This document shows, piece after piece, positions 24,617-36,580 of a stretch of 64,000 nucleotides of DNA. Location: positions 56,437,578-56,501,577 of the forward strand of contig NC_068997.1 in NCBI RefSeq assembly GCF_001194135.2. Direction: 5' to 3'. Source of the stretch: Octopus bimaculoides (lineage: Eukaryota). Within the stretch, counting starts at the first letter, position 1. Each line of letters opens with the position of its first letter. The position numbers and the translations under genes are program-made. A model generated the notes under the pieces. It saw only the letters and a list, made by a program, of their open reading frames with translations, did no database searches and had not been told where the DNA came from.

Positions 24617-24878
24617 TTATGGCCAAAATGTATTTCTCAGCAGACCAGCCATACCACCTCCACCACCATATCCACCACCACTGCTGCTGCTGCTGTCACC
24701 TCCACTGCCACTATAGCAATGGAAATGGTGAATATGTATGTTCGATGCTTGTTTTTTGGTGTTGATTGGTGGTGGGGAGTGCAAGTGACAACCCATGGTA
24801 TTCAATGGAGGAAATATTTAACCCTGGATGCAAGTATGGACCTGGGGTTAAATGCTCCCTTCCCCCACACGACTAGAT
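24617..24878 (-). other. Candidate exon 2 of a minus-strand transcript, with a 59-aa ORF (MGCHLHSPPP...) starting at 24796 in ACCATGG context
   Basis: Acceptor TTTTTTACCTTTATTTTGCAG at 24879-24880 pairs with a perfect donor CTG|GTAAGT at 25055/25054, giving a 176-nt intron. Confidence 0.25.
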
Positions 24879-25569
24879 CTGCAAAATAAAGGTAAAAAAT
24901 AACTTTTGACATTTTCTACCTTGTTATTACTGTCTGATTGGTGACAGGATTTACTCTGTATATTCGACAGAAAGGGAGAGAGAGACTGAAAGAGAGAGGG
25001 GGAGAGACAGGCATACAGAAACAGTAATTTACAATTAATTATGGAAATACTTACCAGCTGCAGGCACCAGTTGTACTAATTTGCATATCGGTATATTAGA
25101 TTCATTAGAGGCAGTGGTGGGGGGTAGTTAAACAAACTACTGAAGCTGTATGTATGTGTGTGTGATTTGTAAGTTTTTAGTAACTTCATCTGTGTCTGTC
25201 CCTGTATGTCTGTCTGTCTGTAGATATAATGAAATCCATTCCATACTCCTTATGAGCTGGTAATGACTTGGTGAAACTAGTCAAGATTTTATTTGATTTA
25301 TTTTGTAGAGAGAGAAAGAAAGGGAGGGAGGGAGGGAGAGAGAGAGAGAGGGAAAGAGAAAGAGAGAGAGAGAGTAGTGCCTTAAGTACCAGATGCTGTT
25401 ACCACTATTAATTACTAAAGGTTTCTTCTTTTGCTCTGAGTCGAGAGCAGAGTGAATGCCACAGCCTGGAGCAAAAGACTGAATTGAAACGAGGTGAACA
25501 TTCTCCAGGACTGCTGTGCAATGTTAATGAGTCTGAATGCCAGAACACAAATAAGTTATGGGGAAAAAA

Positions 25570-25760
25570 ATTCAGTAGTAAAGGAATCAGAAGAGAGAAG
25601 ACTCTGCAGGATATGATCAAGTGATTTATATGAAGTATAAGAATTTGGTAAAGAAGTGTGAAGCATTCCAAAGCATTCCAAGTAGGGAGACCTTATTAAA
25701 GAGAGGAACTTAGAGGCTATAAGACAAAGTGCAATGAACTAGTCTTTGGAGGTTGATCCC
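25570..25760 (+). mobile_element. Possible Gypsy integrase zinc-finger remnant
   Basis: GIRREKTL...(frameshift)...MKYKNLVKKCEAFQ resembles H-GI-RMK-LAR...DI--LV--C--CQ. Confidence 0.25.
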
Positions 25761-26419
25761 CAGTAAAGAGACGACACGGAACTGTGGATTGCATCAAAGC
25801 ACCAAGCTTGGAGAGAACCTGACCAAAAAAACTGGACAGAACTTGTGTCTTAGTAGCTGGGGTGTTGAATTCATGACCATAAGGCTGTGAGTTCAATTCC
25901 TGGATGGACATTGCATTCTGTTCTGAAACAAGAGACCTAATTTCATATTGAGTACCAATTCAGTAAAGTACAGCTCTCTCCGTCTGTCTGATTGTTTGTC
26001 TGTCTGTCCTCTCTCTCTCTCTCTCTCTTTTCAACTGCTTTCAGAGAATTAAGGTGTCAGTATTTGTCTGCCACATCCCAGATGCTAAAAAACATAATTA
26101 ATAAAATCCTGTTAATGCTTAATGAAAACATGTTGCATGCCATCAGGTTCAGCTCCGTTGTAAGAGTCAGCTGAAGTTCAATTCTGTTGGCATGTAAGCA
26201 TATAGATGCATCTATACATATACACGTGCACAAATATACACACCTGCACACATACACGCATATATATATATATGCATAATGTAAATACCTGTGTGTGTGT
26301 GTACTAATGTGCTGTGTATCTATGTTTATGATTACACCTGTCTAAAAAGCAGTATTTTTAATAGTGTGTCACTTCATATGCTACAACTTAGCAGGTCAAC
26401 AAACAGAGAATAATAAAAT

Positions 26420-26600
26420 AATTACCAGACAGAAATAAGTACTGGAGTCAACATGATCAGCGAAATTCCTTAAATGTGGTGCCACAGCATGACCACACTA
26501 TACCGGTTGTAAGATGTGAAAGTCGAAAGAAGGCATGGAATAAATGGGTCGAGGAAGACATGGAAGAAACAGTTGGAGACTGACGTGTGTCCTTCCCTCA
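26420..26600 (+). mobile_element. SINE tail followed by an RTE-LINE 3' fragment
   Basis: AAATAAGTACTGGAGTCAA...CAGCATGACCACA tail, then GRGRHGRNSW resembling the RTE GRPRKTW motif. Confidence 0.45.
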
Positions 26601-27235
26601 GGAGTGATGGTCACTGAGTCATCTAAGAGTGTGATATTTCCAAATAGATTTCTAATCTCCATAGAACATGCAAAAAACAATGGTGATGATGATGATGATG
26701 TTGATGATAACTGTGCATACATATGTGTGTCTGTGTCTTTCGATATGTTTACATATTTAGAGAGAGAGAGAGAGATGCATGTATATATATATGTGTGTGT
26801 GTGTACATAATACACACACACACATATATATATATATACACACAGGCATAATTATCTCAGCATTTGTATGCATTTGCATCTCTAGGTATACATCTATACT
26901 TATTATGTTCTCTCTCTTCCTCTCTCCCTTCATATATATATAAACACAGGTACAAACACACACACACCTACACATTTGCACATAGTGTGCATATGTATAT
27001 GCGTGCGTGTGTGGTGTGTGCATTGAAACATGTTTATGATGTAATTGCAAATTGATTGAGTTGCAAAGCCAAAAGTGTGAGAGAAATGATGCTGTCTGGC
27101 GAGTAAGGTTATCAAGTGAGCAGAAAGTTCTGACGATGTGCAAAGGTTATGTTTTATTGTGAAGCAGGGCAGCTACACAAACAGGAATGTTTTCCCCTGT
27201 GGTTTTCGTATTGTTGCATGTCTGTTTACCAACAG

Positions 27236-27309
27236 ATAAATACATCATTGCCCTTCTACAACTAAATGAATTGTCTTTGGTGGAATTTTCACGACAGATT
27301 GACCTCGAG
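27236..27309 (+). other. Candidate internal exon ((D)KYIIALLQLNELSLVEFSRQIDLE), unverified
   Basis: Acceptor TGTCTGTTTACCAACAG; only the phase-1 frame is open; donor GAG|GTGATG. Confidence 0.15.
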
Positions 27310-27648
27310 GTGATGAAAAGGTCACTGATATTATGACAATGAAATTAATCAAACCATAATTTGGCAATAATTCTTTAGAAACAAACATGTTTATACCAAA
27401 GTGTTTTGCGTTAGTGGCCCTTCTGGGATATGTTAATGATGTTATTGAACACATCACAAACTCACAGTTTCATTGCACCCAGAGGGGAAATATTTATGTT
27501 TATTATTGAAGACCAAAAGTGATAAAGCAAAAACTGTAACACTTTGCTTATATCATGGAACTGGCAATTAACTATTTTCATATTAGAAATTATTATCAAA
27601 ATTTGTTGTGTTTTGGAAGTCAAGAATTATTCATTTTATTTATTCAAT

Positions 27649-27680
<32 letters not shown>

Positions 27681-27689
27681 TTTTTCTTG

Positions 27690-28010
27690 CTTCATTCATT
27701 AGACTATGGCCATGCTGGAGTGCCACCTTGAAGAATTTTAGTCAAACAAATTGACGCTATTCCTTGTTAGTTTTTAAAGCCAGATACTAATTCCATCAAT
27801 CACTTTTGCTGAGACCCTAAGTTACAGGGATGTAAATACACCAACACTGGTTGTCAAGTGGTGTTGGGTCACACAGACACAAAGACGAACACACACAAAC
27901 ACATGCACACACATATTTATATATATGACAGGTTTCTTTCAGTTTCCATCTACCAAATCCAATTACAATGCTTTGGCCAGCCTGGAGCTATAGTAGAAGA
28001 CATTTTCTCA
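27690..28010 (-). mobile_element. SINE family C (decayed)
   Basis: Homologous to 7515-7800 (GGCCATGCTGG..CCACC, TGGTTGTCAAG, TTTCAGTTTCC). Confidence 0.75.
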
Positions 28011-28364
28011 GGTGTTGGCTTAAAGGAACATTGTATGGTTTGTTATCAAAGAGGAGTTTTGGTTCAAAGATGTTCAAGCAGATATGTAAGTAGTCTTTAA
28101 CAAATATACAAAGATCTACAAGATTCAATACAGTTACTGAGATGTTGCTATGGAAAAAAATCACTGGTGAGTTCTGGTATTATAATGAAGTGTTATGAAA
28201 ATCAACTGATATGATAATTAGCTGATATGATAATGAACCAATTTAGAGGAAAGAGAAAGAAATTTGGAAAGGTTTTTCTCAATAACTTTCTTTCAAAGTA
28301 CATTTTAAACAATTTCTCAATGCATAAAAGAAAACATCCTGTTATCTTTAAAATGTGACTGTGT

Positions 28365-28475
28365 GATTAAAAGTCTGTGGTTCAATTCCACTGCATGGCA
28401 CCCTGAGTAAGTGTCTTCTGCTATAGCCCTGGGCTAACCTGGACTTGGTTGATGGAAACTGCAAGAAGCTCATCC
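28365..28475 (+). mobile_element. SINE family C 5' fragment
   Basis: GGTTCAATTCCACTGCATGGCACCCTGAGTAAGTGTCTTCTGCTATAGCC. Confidence 0.7.
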
Positions 28476-28489
28476 TCTCTCTATCTATA

Positions 28490-28798
28490 TGTTGTGATGA
28501 GAGCCATGATGCCTCCTTGCCAGAAATAGACTGAACTAAGCAATTATAAATAGTATCGAGTGGAGTAAAGTTTGTATGTTAGTTGAAGTTGAGTTTGCAG
28601 TGAAGTCAGAAGGTGTCAATTTGTTAGTTCATTTGGAATATTGATTGTTGGTTCATAAAGTGATTGTTGGATCGTTACGTTGTTATTACGGCTGCATCAT
28701 TATCTCGTTTATTGTTACTACACTGGTGCAGTGTATCTTAACCATCTATTACAATATCGTGGTGGTACCACCGACATTCAGAGTGGGAGGATACAACA
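28490..28798 (+). mobile_element. Solo LTR (309 bp)
   Basis: TGTTG...CAACA termini, internal TATAAATAG (about 28543), flanks CTATA / CTATC (5-bp TSD, one mismatch). Confidence 0.7.
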
Positions 28799-28880
28799 CT
28801 ATCTATTTATAGCATTTAATGCACACAGTATTCAGTTAAAAGTGAATAATAGTTGTAAACTATATATATATATATATATA

Positions 28881-29095
28881 AAAACAATTGCAGCATGGGA
28901 GGTGTTTATAAGCCATTTCAAAACACACAAAAACTGTTAGATTCACTGCAATTAAATTAGATTTAAATGTTGAAGTGAATCTAACGGGTTTTGTGTGTTT
29001 TTAGATGGTTTATAGACACCTTCCATGCTGCAATTATTTGTTTCAGCATACGATCTCAGATCAAGTCACTTGCTATGCAAGTACATCTCCATAAT
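28881..29095. repeat. Foldback element: inverted arms of about 68 bp (28884-28951 / 28970-29035) around an 18-nt spacer; repeat family E
   Basis: CAATTGCAGCATGGGAGGTGTTTATAAGCCAT...GTTAGATTCACTGCAA versus TTGAAGTGAATCTAAC...ATGGTTTATAGACACCTTCCATGCTGCAATT. The right arm and its continuation recur at 51415-51537. Confidence 0.85.
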
Positions 29096-29099
29096 ACAT

Positions 29100-29191
<92 letters not shown>

Positions 29192-32100
29192 GATAATATG
29201 TAAAAAAATATATATATAATATACAATGTATAAATATATATATATCATTTAATATACACTTATTTATTTCTCACTGGATGGAGTACTTTTCTTTTTGATC
29301 CTTCCTATAACGAACTGTAAACTATGTGTATATATAAACACACACACTGATACATATTGTCCATTTGGCAAAGAAACAACTTGAGGGGAATCTTTCACTT
29401 TGCGCCAATGACACAAATTTTCTCCTGTTATGACAACATACACTTCCAGCTATTTCACGTCTGTTATGAGAACTATGGAAGAACATACTGACAATAAAAT
29501 CTCCCTAAAGATCTCATTATCGTTCTCATTACGTTACTCTAGCTTCGAAAGTTGCTCCGACCTATTTATTCCATTAATCCAGTCACCTTCATCTTTCTTC
29601 TCACAAAACAAAAAAGAAAGATAAGAAAAAGGCAAACCAGCTCCCAAAAGCCTTAAAAATTTGTGCATTTCTAATTTGTTCTTCTTCGACAGCTACAGTG
29701 TGTTGTCGGCATAGGAAGTGCGAATAGTTGAGTAACATCAATGGCTCCTTTGGCAATAACAAGCAGGAACTACCTAATCAAACATAGTGAGATGTTGCCA
29801 AAGTAATCGTAGTCAATTCCTTAATATTTAAACATCAAAAACTGTGATGAAAATTGGAAATTCACTTTTGTACATTGAAGACGAAAGTGATGGGTTTAAT
29901 AGCCGTCTCTCATTACCTGGGAAACTTCAAAGTGATCATTTAAAGTCGAACGGAATTGAGAGTGGAATGCTGACATAATTGACGTGTCATACGCAATCAC
30001 TCACAAACACACAGATGCACACATGTGCATATAGATACACACACTCAAGTGTGTAAATATATATATATATAATATATATATATATATGCGCATACACACA
30101 TACATCTATGTATGCACTCACATTATACATATTAGAAGGAAAATAGTGTCAGCAGTTTTTCTTCATTTGCTTAGTGGATGTGTTGTTGTTGGTGGTGGTA
30201 GTGGTTGAGGGGGTGGTGCTGATGGTAGTGGTGGTGGTCATTATTTTATTCTAAAACATATTTATCTTCCAGTTTTATTTTTCATTCACCTCTTGCCCCT
30301 CTCCCTCCTCCTCTCTACGTTCTGATGCTTTCTAATAGTGCAAGACTCTTATAAGTTTCTTAATTAATTAATCTACCCACAAACCTAAAATTCCATAGTG
30401 TTGCCATTGTTCTGACTGACTTCACCAATAAACTCCTTCACAGAACTGGTAGCAGAAACGAAAATTACAAAACAACAATGAAAATAAACAAATATCTTGT
30501 TTGGTATGAAATGGAGCCTCTACATGGTCACTTGATCTGTTAGAAATAGCTACTAAATATACCTCTTTTCACAAGTTGTACCACAGCGTCTTGAATATGG
30601 CAAGGATACATCAGGTGTTATAGCCAGTCTTTGAGAAATCCACAAGAAGACAGAATGGTAATAGCTGACTTGGAATTTGAACAGCAAATGCAACACCATC
30701 AATAATAATCAATAGATCAATAAATGTAGAAATTACTGTCAATCTATATTTTCTTTCACTTGGAACAAAATCATCAAAGATATGAGTCAATGAGAGAACC
30801 ACGACATAGTTGAGTGACATGCTAGAAATAGCAGCCAAATATATTTTCCTCAAATCACTCCATATATCATTAGATAATAAAGTAGAGGAGAGATACCCTG
30901 AAAAGATAGGATGGTCACAGATGGACTCTCTTTGATCATAGAGACACATGATCTCACAAATGACTTCATGGTAAAGGGAGCTAAAATGCTGCTGCTGCTA
31001 CTACTACTACTACTGATAAATGAAAGAGATTCTGTAATTAAGTTGGGTTTAAGCCTTTCTTTACTTTGCAACTAAACCATCAAAGATTTATAACAATAAT
31101 CACATCACACATTTCTGCCTTACTTTACCAGTACACACACACACACACACACACTTTAGTAAATATACAAAGATATTGATGCATTTATACACACACACGC
31201 AGAAATATACAATGAAATGAACACACACACACATACACACAATAACTGAAGCATAATACATACACACATCACCACATAATCTTTATCATCTTTATCTTCT
31301 TCATCCTTATTCTATGCCAGCTTGGGTTATCTATGTCCCCATTTTCCTTTAGTTCATTTGACTCCCTTTGTTGATAATCACTATGAAGACACACATGCAT
31401 ACACATTATTAATATAATTTTTAAAAATTTGGTCTCATAACAGCCAATTCATGTTACTGAATGATTTCATGGTGTAGAACTTGCCATATATGTATAGATG
31501 TATATTTGCATTTGTATACATATACACACATACTCTTCTACATATACACGCACTCTCATATACATACATTCACACATAATGCCACATGCAGCACTGCCAT
31601 TCTTCAAATTCTTTCAGAAGTATCTCACTCTAAAATGGCAAATATAATCAAATTAACTTTCAGTTAATAATATAAAACTTCATTTGCTTAGAAAGTTCTG
31701 GCAAATTCTTTTATTTCATTCTTTTTCCTTTTAAGAGAAACTTTTGCAATCTTATTGTGGGAAAATTCCTAAGATTTTGGTCTTTGAATAAAAAAAAAAA
31801 CGAAATTCTCCAGTTCTGGCAATAGCAGTGTTTTGTTACTAATGAAGGAAATTTATTTCTTTTAGATTCTCCACAGAAATAAACCAATTACAGAATATAA
31901 AGAATTTGTAATTTGTCAATTTGAGTGACATAATCAAGGCTTTAATCATTATATAATATCGCAGTTAATTTTAATATGATGTTGTTTTTGGGTGAACCAA
32001 CTGAGAAATAAAAATATTATGATTAATCAGAGAAAACAAATCTAATTTATATTTTACTCCAGTCGAGTGAAAAAAACAGATATTTATTGATCTCGCCGAA

Positions 32101-32485
32101 ACAAAAAATATTAAAGAAGCAGTTTTAATTTAAAGTGTTACACAAATTAAGCAGTTTTAAGCTTTTATTTCTCTTTTTATTCGAGTCAGCATCTTTTTGT
32201 TTTTGTTTTAAGACTATTTGTTGCATTCTCTAATTAGTTTCTGAAGCTCACCTTGTAAAGAACTGAAGCTAAGCTCTCTGTCATCCTCAATGTTTAATAC
32301 TTAATTTAGTAAATAAATTCTGCAATTGAAAATAAGAAGTAAATTATTCATGAAATGATTTAACAGAAAATAAAATTTTTATATGCAGACAATTCTGTTT
32401 TGACTTCAGAATTTTATTCACTGAGAAAAAGCTTCATGACAGAAATTTGAGCAAGAAACTTGTTTAACACCTATAAACACATGAA

Positions 32486-32553
32486 CTTTCCCAGTTATTT
32501 AGTTTTAAATATTTCCCCTTAGGGAAATATTTGAAACTAAATAACTGGGAAAG
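32486..32553. other. 68-nt near-perfect hairpin (32-bp stem, 4-nt loop)
   Basis: CTTTCCCAGTTATTTAGTTTTAAATATTTCCC-CTTA-GGGAAATATTTGAAACTAAATAACTGGGAAAG; one T:G pair. Confidence 0.9.
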
Positions 32554-33068
32554 ATAAATTTCCCATTCAACCTGAGCCCAGGAATAGGGTCTTTAGTTCC
32601 AAATATTTTTTCTCTCAGTTTTTGATACATTTCTGTTAAATAACTTTCAAGAAGAGAATTTATGTCCATTTCATATGTTGTAGTTCTTGGTTCATTCCTG
32701 TGGCCCAAGGATTATGTAATATGGACACAGGATGCTATTTTTACATGAGCTGGTAGCAGAAGAAGAAGTGGGCAACTTCTAAGACCTTTTTCAAGGTCTC
32801 TACCACTAAAGGAAAGGAAGGAGTTATTCTCAGACCGAACCCCTGGCTTAAATGCTTGACCACTCATAATAAAAATGTTTCTTGAAATTGTTTAATGTAA
32901 TTCTTCTGTATTCTCAAGTAGCAGCAAGCGTAATTACTTGACACATATCTGTTTAAGTGTAGGCGTGTATCTATACATTTGTCTATTGAATCGGCCTATT
33001 GTCGTGTGTGTTTATGTTCATTCATATGTAAAATCTATATATATCTAAGTGCACATACACAAGCACAG

Positions 33069-33103
<35 letters not shown>

Positions 33104-33221
33104 CATACACATACACACACACACGTGTGTGTGTGTATATATATATATATACACATATAAAGCCATGATAGATCGCTGGCCACTACACATTCTTTATTTT
33201 CTCTCCTTCTTTCTTTCTTTG

Positions 33222-33262
33222 GTCCTTTCTGTGGAAGAGCATAGGCTCGAAACATTAAAGAC
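33222..33262 (+). ncRNA. Variant minimal hammerhead-like motif, family 2 copy 1
   Basis: GUC(C)UUU-CUGUGGA-A-GAGC-AUAG-GCUC-GAA-ACAU-U-AAAGAC. The core deviates at position 6 and G16.2 is changed to A. Part of a repeat of about 130 bp shared with 48917-49050. Confidence 0.45.
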
Positions 33263-33347
33263 TTTTTCACTTCCCAAGCATTATACTAATACATCTGTTG
33301 GTTGTTTACACCACCTGTCTTCGTCTTTTTTTTTTTGTGAATTCTCC

Positions 33348-33414
<67 letters not shown>

Positions 33415-33831
33415 TGCAGACAAAGACATACAGGCCACATAGAGACAAACGTTAGTACACACCCAAACACATACATATGATTTGTGTGTACTAATGTTTG
33501 TCCCTATGTGGCCTGTATGTATATTAATGCGTGTAAGAGTATACAGTTGTGTGAATGTGGTTGTTTATTTTCTTGTATGTTAATGTGTATGCGTATGTGC
33601 TTCCATGTAGGTGTGACTATTGTTTTGGTTTCATTACAGTTTATTGAGATTAGAAAGTATTTTGAATTCTTTTCACCTTATTTGAAAACAGCTGTAATTC
33701 AATAATGTCTCTGATTTGAATCCTTATAAGTTCAACTGTTTGTTCCCTATTGGATCCATTCGTATTATATTTTGTATATGTATATTTGTCCACACACACA
33801 CGTATATAAAATATAATATAATATAATATAG

Positions 33832-33870
<39 letters not shown>

Positions 33871-34168
33871 NNNNNNNNNNNNNNNNNNNNNNNNNNNNNN
33901 NNNNNNNNNNNNNNNNNNNNNNNNNNNNNNNNNNNNNNNNNNNNNNNNNNNNNNNNNNNNNNNNNNNNNNNNNNNNNNNNNNNNNNNNNNNNNNNNNNNN
34001 NNNNNNNNNNNNNNNNNNNNNNNNNNNNNNNNNNNNNNNNNNNNNNNNNNNNNNNNNNNNNNNNNNNNNNNNNNNNNNNNNNNNNNNNNNNNNNNNNNNN
34101 NNNNNNNNNNNNNNNNNNNNNNNNNNNNNNNNNNNNNNNNNNNNNNNNNNNNNNNNNNNNNNNNNNNN

Positions 34169-34215
<47 letters not shown>

Positions 34216-35659
34216 CGTAAACCCTATTAATCTCATGGACAGTATTATATCAACAAGTTTTATCTTTTGTTCTTTTTTTTTTCTCTTTCGCTCTTAAGTT
34301 CTCTTGCATTCTTTTCCCAATGTTCTTTCCTAACGAGGCTCTCACAGATAGTCATAAGTACAATATGAATTAACATACATATATGTACACACACACACAT
34401 ATACATATATATTATTATCATGATGAAGATGGTGAAGATGGTGATATAAAGATGCATCTTAAAGCCAAAGACACGTAAGAAATAATGTTTTGCACTTTAA
34501 CTTTCTGTCTCAATATTTCAGGGGTTATGACTCCTTATTCAGGAAATCTTTAGAGAAATGGTGTTGTGAGCTGACTTCTTAGTTTTGCAGTGTGTGTATG
34601 ATGCATATGGTAAAAAAGGGTTACAGAAAAATTTTTATTGAAATATTTCAACTGATATTTAATATGAAAGGAAAGATTTTTCATGTTCCTTTAAGAAATC
34701 TTATAAGACATAACGACGAGAAAATATTTAATCAACATTTGTACAATATTCTAAAAATACAAAGTAGAACCAAAAATAGACAAAATATATATATAAAGAA
34801 AAAAATCTATTTGAAAATATCTGTCAAACATAGAATGTAAACTAAATTTCTCAATGTGTTTGTGAGCTTAACTTAAAGCAATGGAACCTAAAAGACAAAG
34901 GAATATGCAGAAAGCAATAAATTATGATACAAAATACCAAATGTCAGTGCATGAAGAATAAAAAAAAAAACTTTTAAATTAATGACTTTTCATTGTTTTA
35001 TCAAAAATATTCAACTATAGTCAAGAATCTTTTAGATTTAGAGAATGTATTGGATTTTTCTAAATTCTATAAAAGTTCCTTGCAGCAATATTTAGCTATG
35101 TCTATGTCTGTCTGTCATTTTCAATCGAGGCCTGATTTTATACAAATCATTATTCTTTGTTTCTGTTCGCGCTAAGTTTTCTTTTTGTTAAGATAAATCT
35201 TCTAAATATGAAATCAATATTTCAAAAATATATGGCTTCTCTGTAGAGAAGCAGACCCGACAGATCCATGGCAGGCAAAAATGGACAGAAACTAACGATG
35301 TTCATTATGATTTATTTATTTTATATTGGAACTGGTGAACAATAGAAACATCTGTTATGGGTTTCCAGTGGACCAATAATTGGTTCACTATATATCTGAG
35401 AATATTAAGGAAGTCTGTGTAAATCATTGCAGAAATAATATCTTAAGGGATGTCACTGGAAAAGCACTGGTTGATATTTTGTTTTTCTCTGTATCTCATT
35501 GAGATTTATATCCTGTACCAATATAGATTAGCAAAAAACAAAAATAATTTATGCATATGCATGCATGTATACATCTCTCTCTCTCTCTCTCTCTATACAT
35601 ATATATGTGTGTGTGTGTGTGTGAGTGTGTACATATAAATATATCAAATCATTTCATAT

Positions 35660-35932
35660 TTGATGGAGGCATGGGTTAATGTCAATAGTGGAATGATAGG
35701 ACTCATTTCTGTAGAGAATGGTGTCAATCAAGGGAACATTCTTACTTCAATTCTCTTTCCTTTGCATTTAAACCCTTACTTAAGCTTTTGCTGTGGATTG
35801 GTCTTCTGTGTTATATGTGAGGCACTGATATTCTTGCATCGATTTGCTGCCAATTCTAAAGATTTTCAGTCTTTTATTCGTGACCTTCTTTATGCAGATG
35901 ATTGCTTCTTACTTGCATTAGTTTTATCCTAA
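35660..35932 (+). mobile_element. RTE (BovB-like) LINE reverse-transcriptase fragment
   Basis: VENGVNQGNIL..ILF and IRDLLYADDC match RTE GVKQGCVLAP-LF and IRELLYADD. Confidence 0.85.
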
Positions 35933-36344
35933 CTAATAATTAGTTGAGTAATTGAATTTATGAGGAATTTATGTGTGTCTGTGTGTGTGCGTGTATTTGT
36001 ATGTGTGTGTGTGTGTGTTCATATATATAAATGTTGCTGGCTGAAAATATCCCATGCTGTTTAATCAAAATCTCTTGTGATATGTATTCAGTACTGAGTT
36101 ACAAATACTCCCTTGTTTGCTACTAGAAGTGCAGTGAACCAGTGATTGCTCTGTTCAGTAGCTGTAACCAATGATGCTTGCCTTCATAAATTGTGATATA
36201 AAATGGAACAAATAAAAGCTTCATTTCTAATTAAGAAACAACCTATTCATCATTTTGGTTCATATTGGTATAATTATGGATCCACATGAAGTGCACATAT
36301 TAAATAGCTGGAATGTGTGTGTGTGTGTGTGTGTGTGTTCAAAG

Positions 36345-36580
36345 AGAGAGATTGATATATAGATAGATAGCCAGCTAGGTAGATAGATAGATGAATATGT
36401 AGATAGACAAATAGTTTGATAGTCAGCTTGTTAACTGGCAAGATAGTTAAATAGCTAGATAGATAGATAGCTAGATAGATAGATAGATAGCTAGATAGAT
36501 AGACTGACAGATAGGCAGAGAAGCAGAAAGAAAGACAAACAAATAGGTAGATAGAGAGATAGATAGATAGATAGATAATT
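36345..36580. repeat. (GATA)n/(GACA)n microsatellite
   Basis: Directly visible. Confidence 0.9.

Noticed and set aside
25047-25070. ATACTTACC resembling the U1 snRNA 5' end
   Set aside because: Downstream sequence does not match U1; it is better explained as a minus-strand splice donor.
30611-30949. 112-aa minus-strand ORF
   Set aside because: Runs through a family D repeat fragment (GCTAGAAATAGCAGCCAAAT) and has no recognisable motif.
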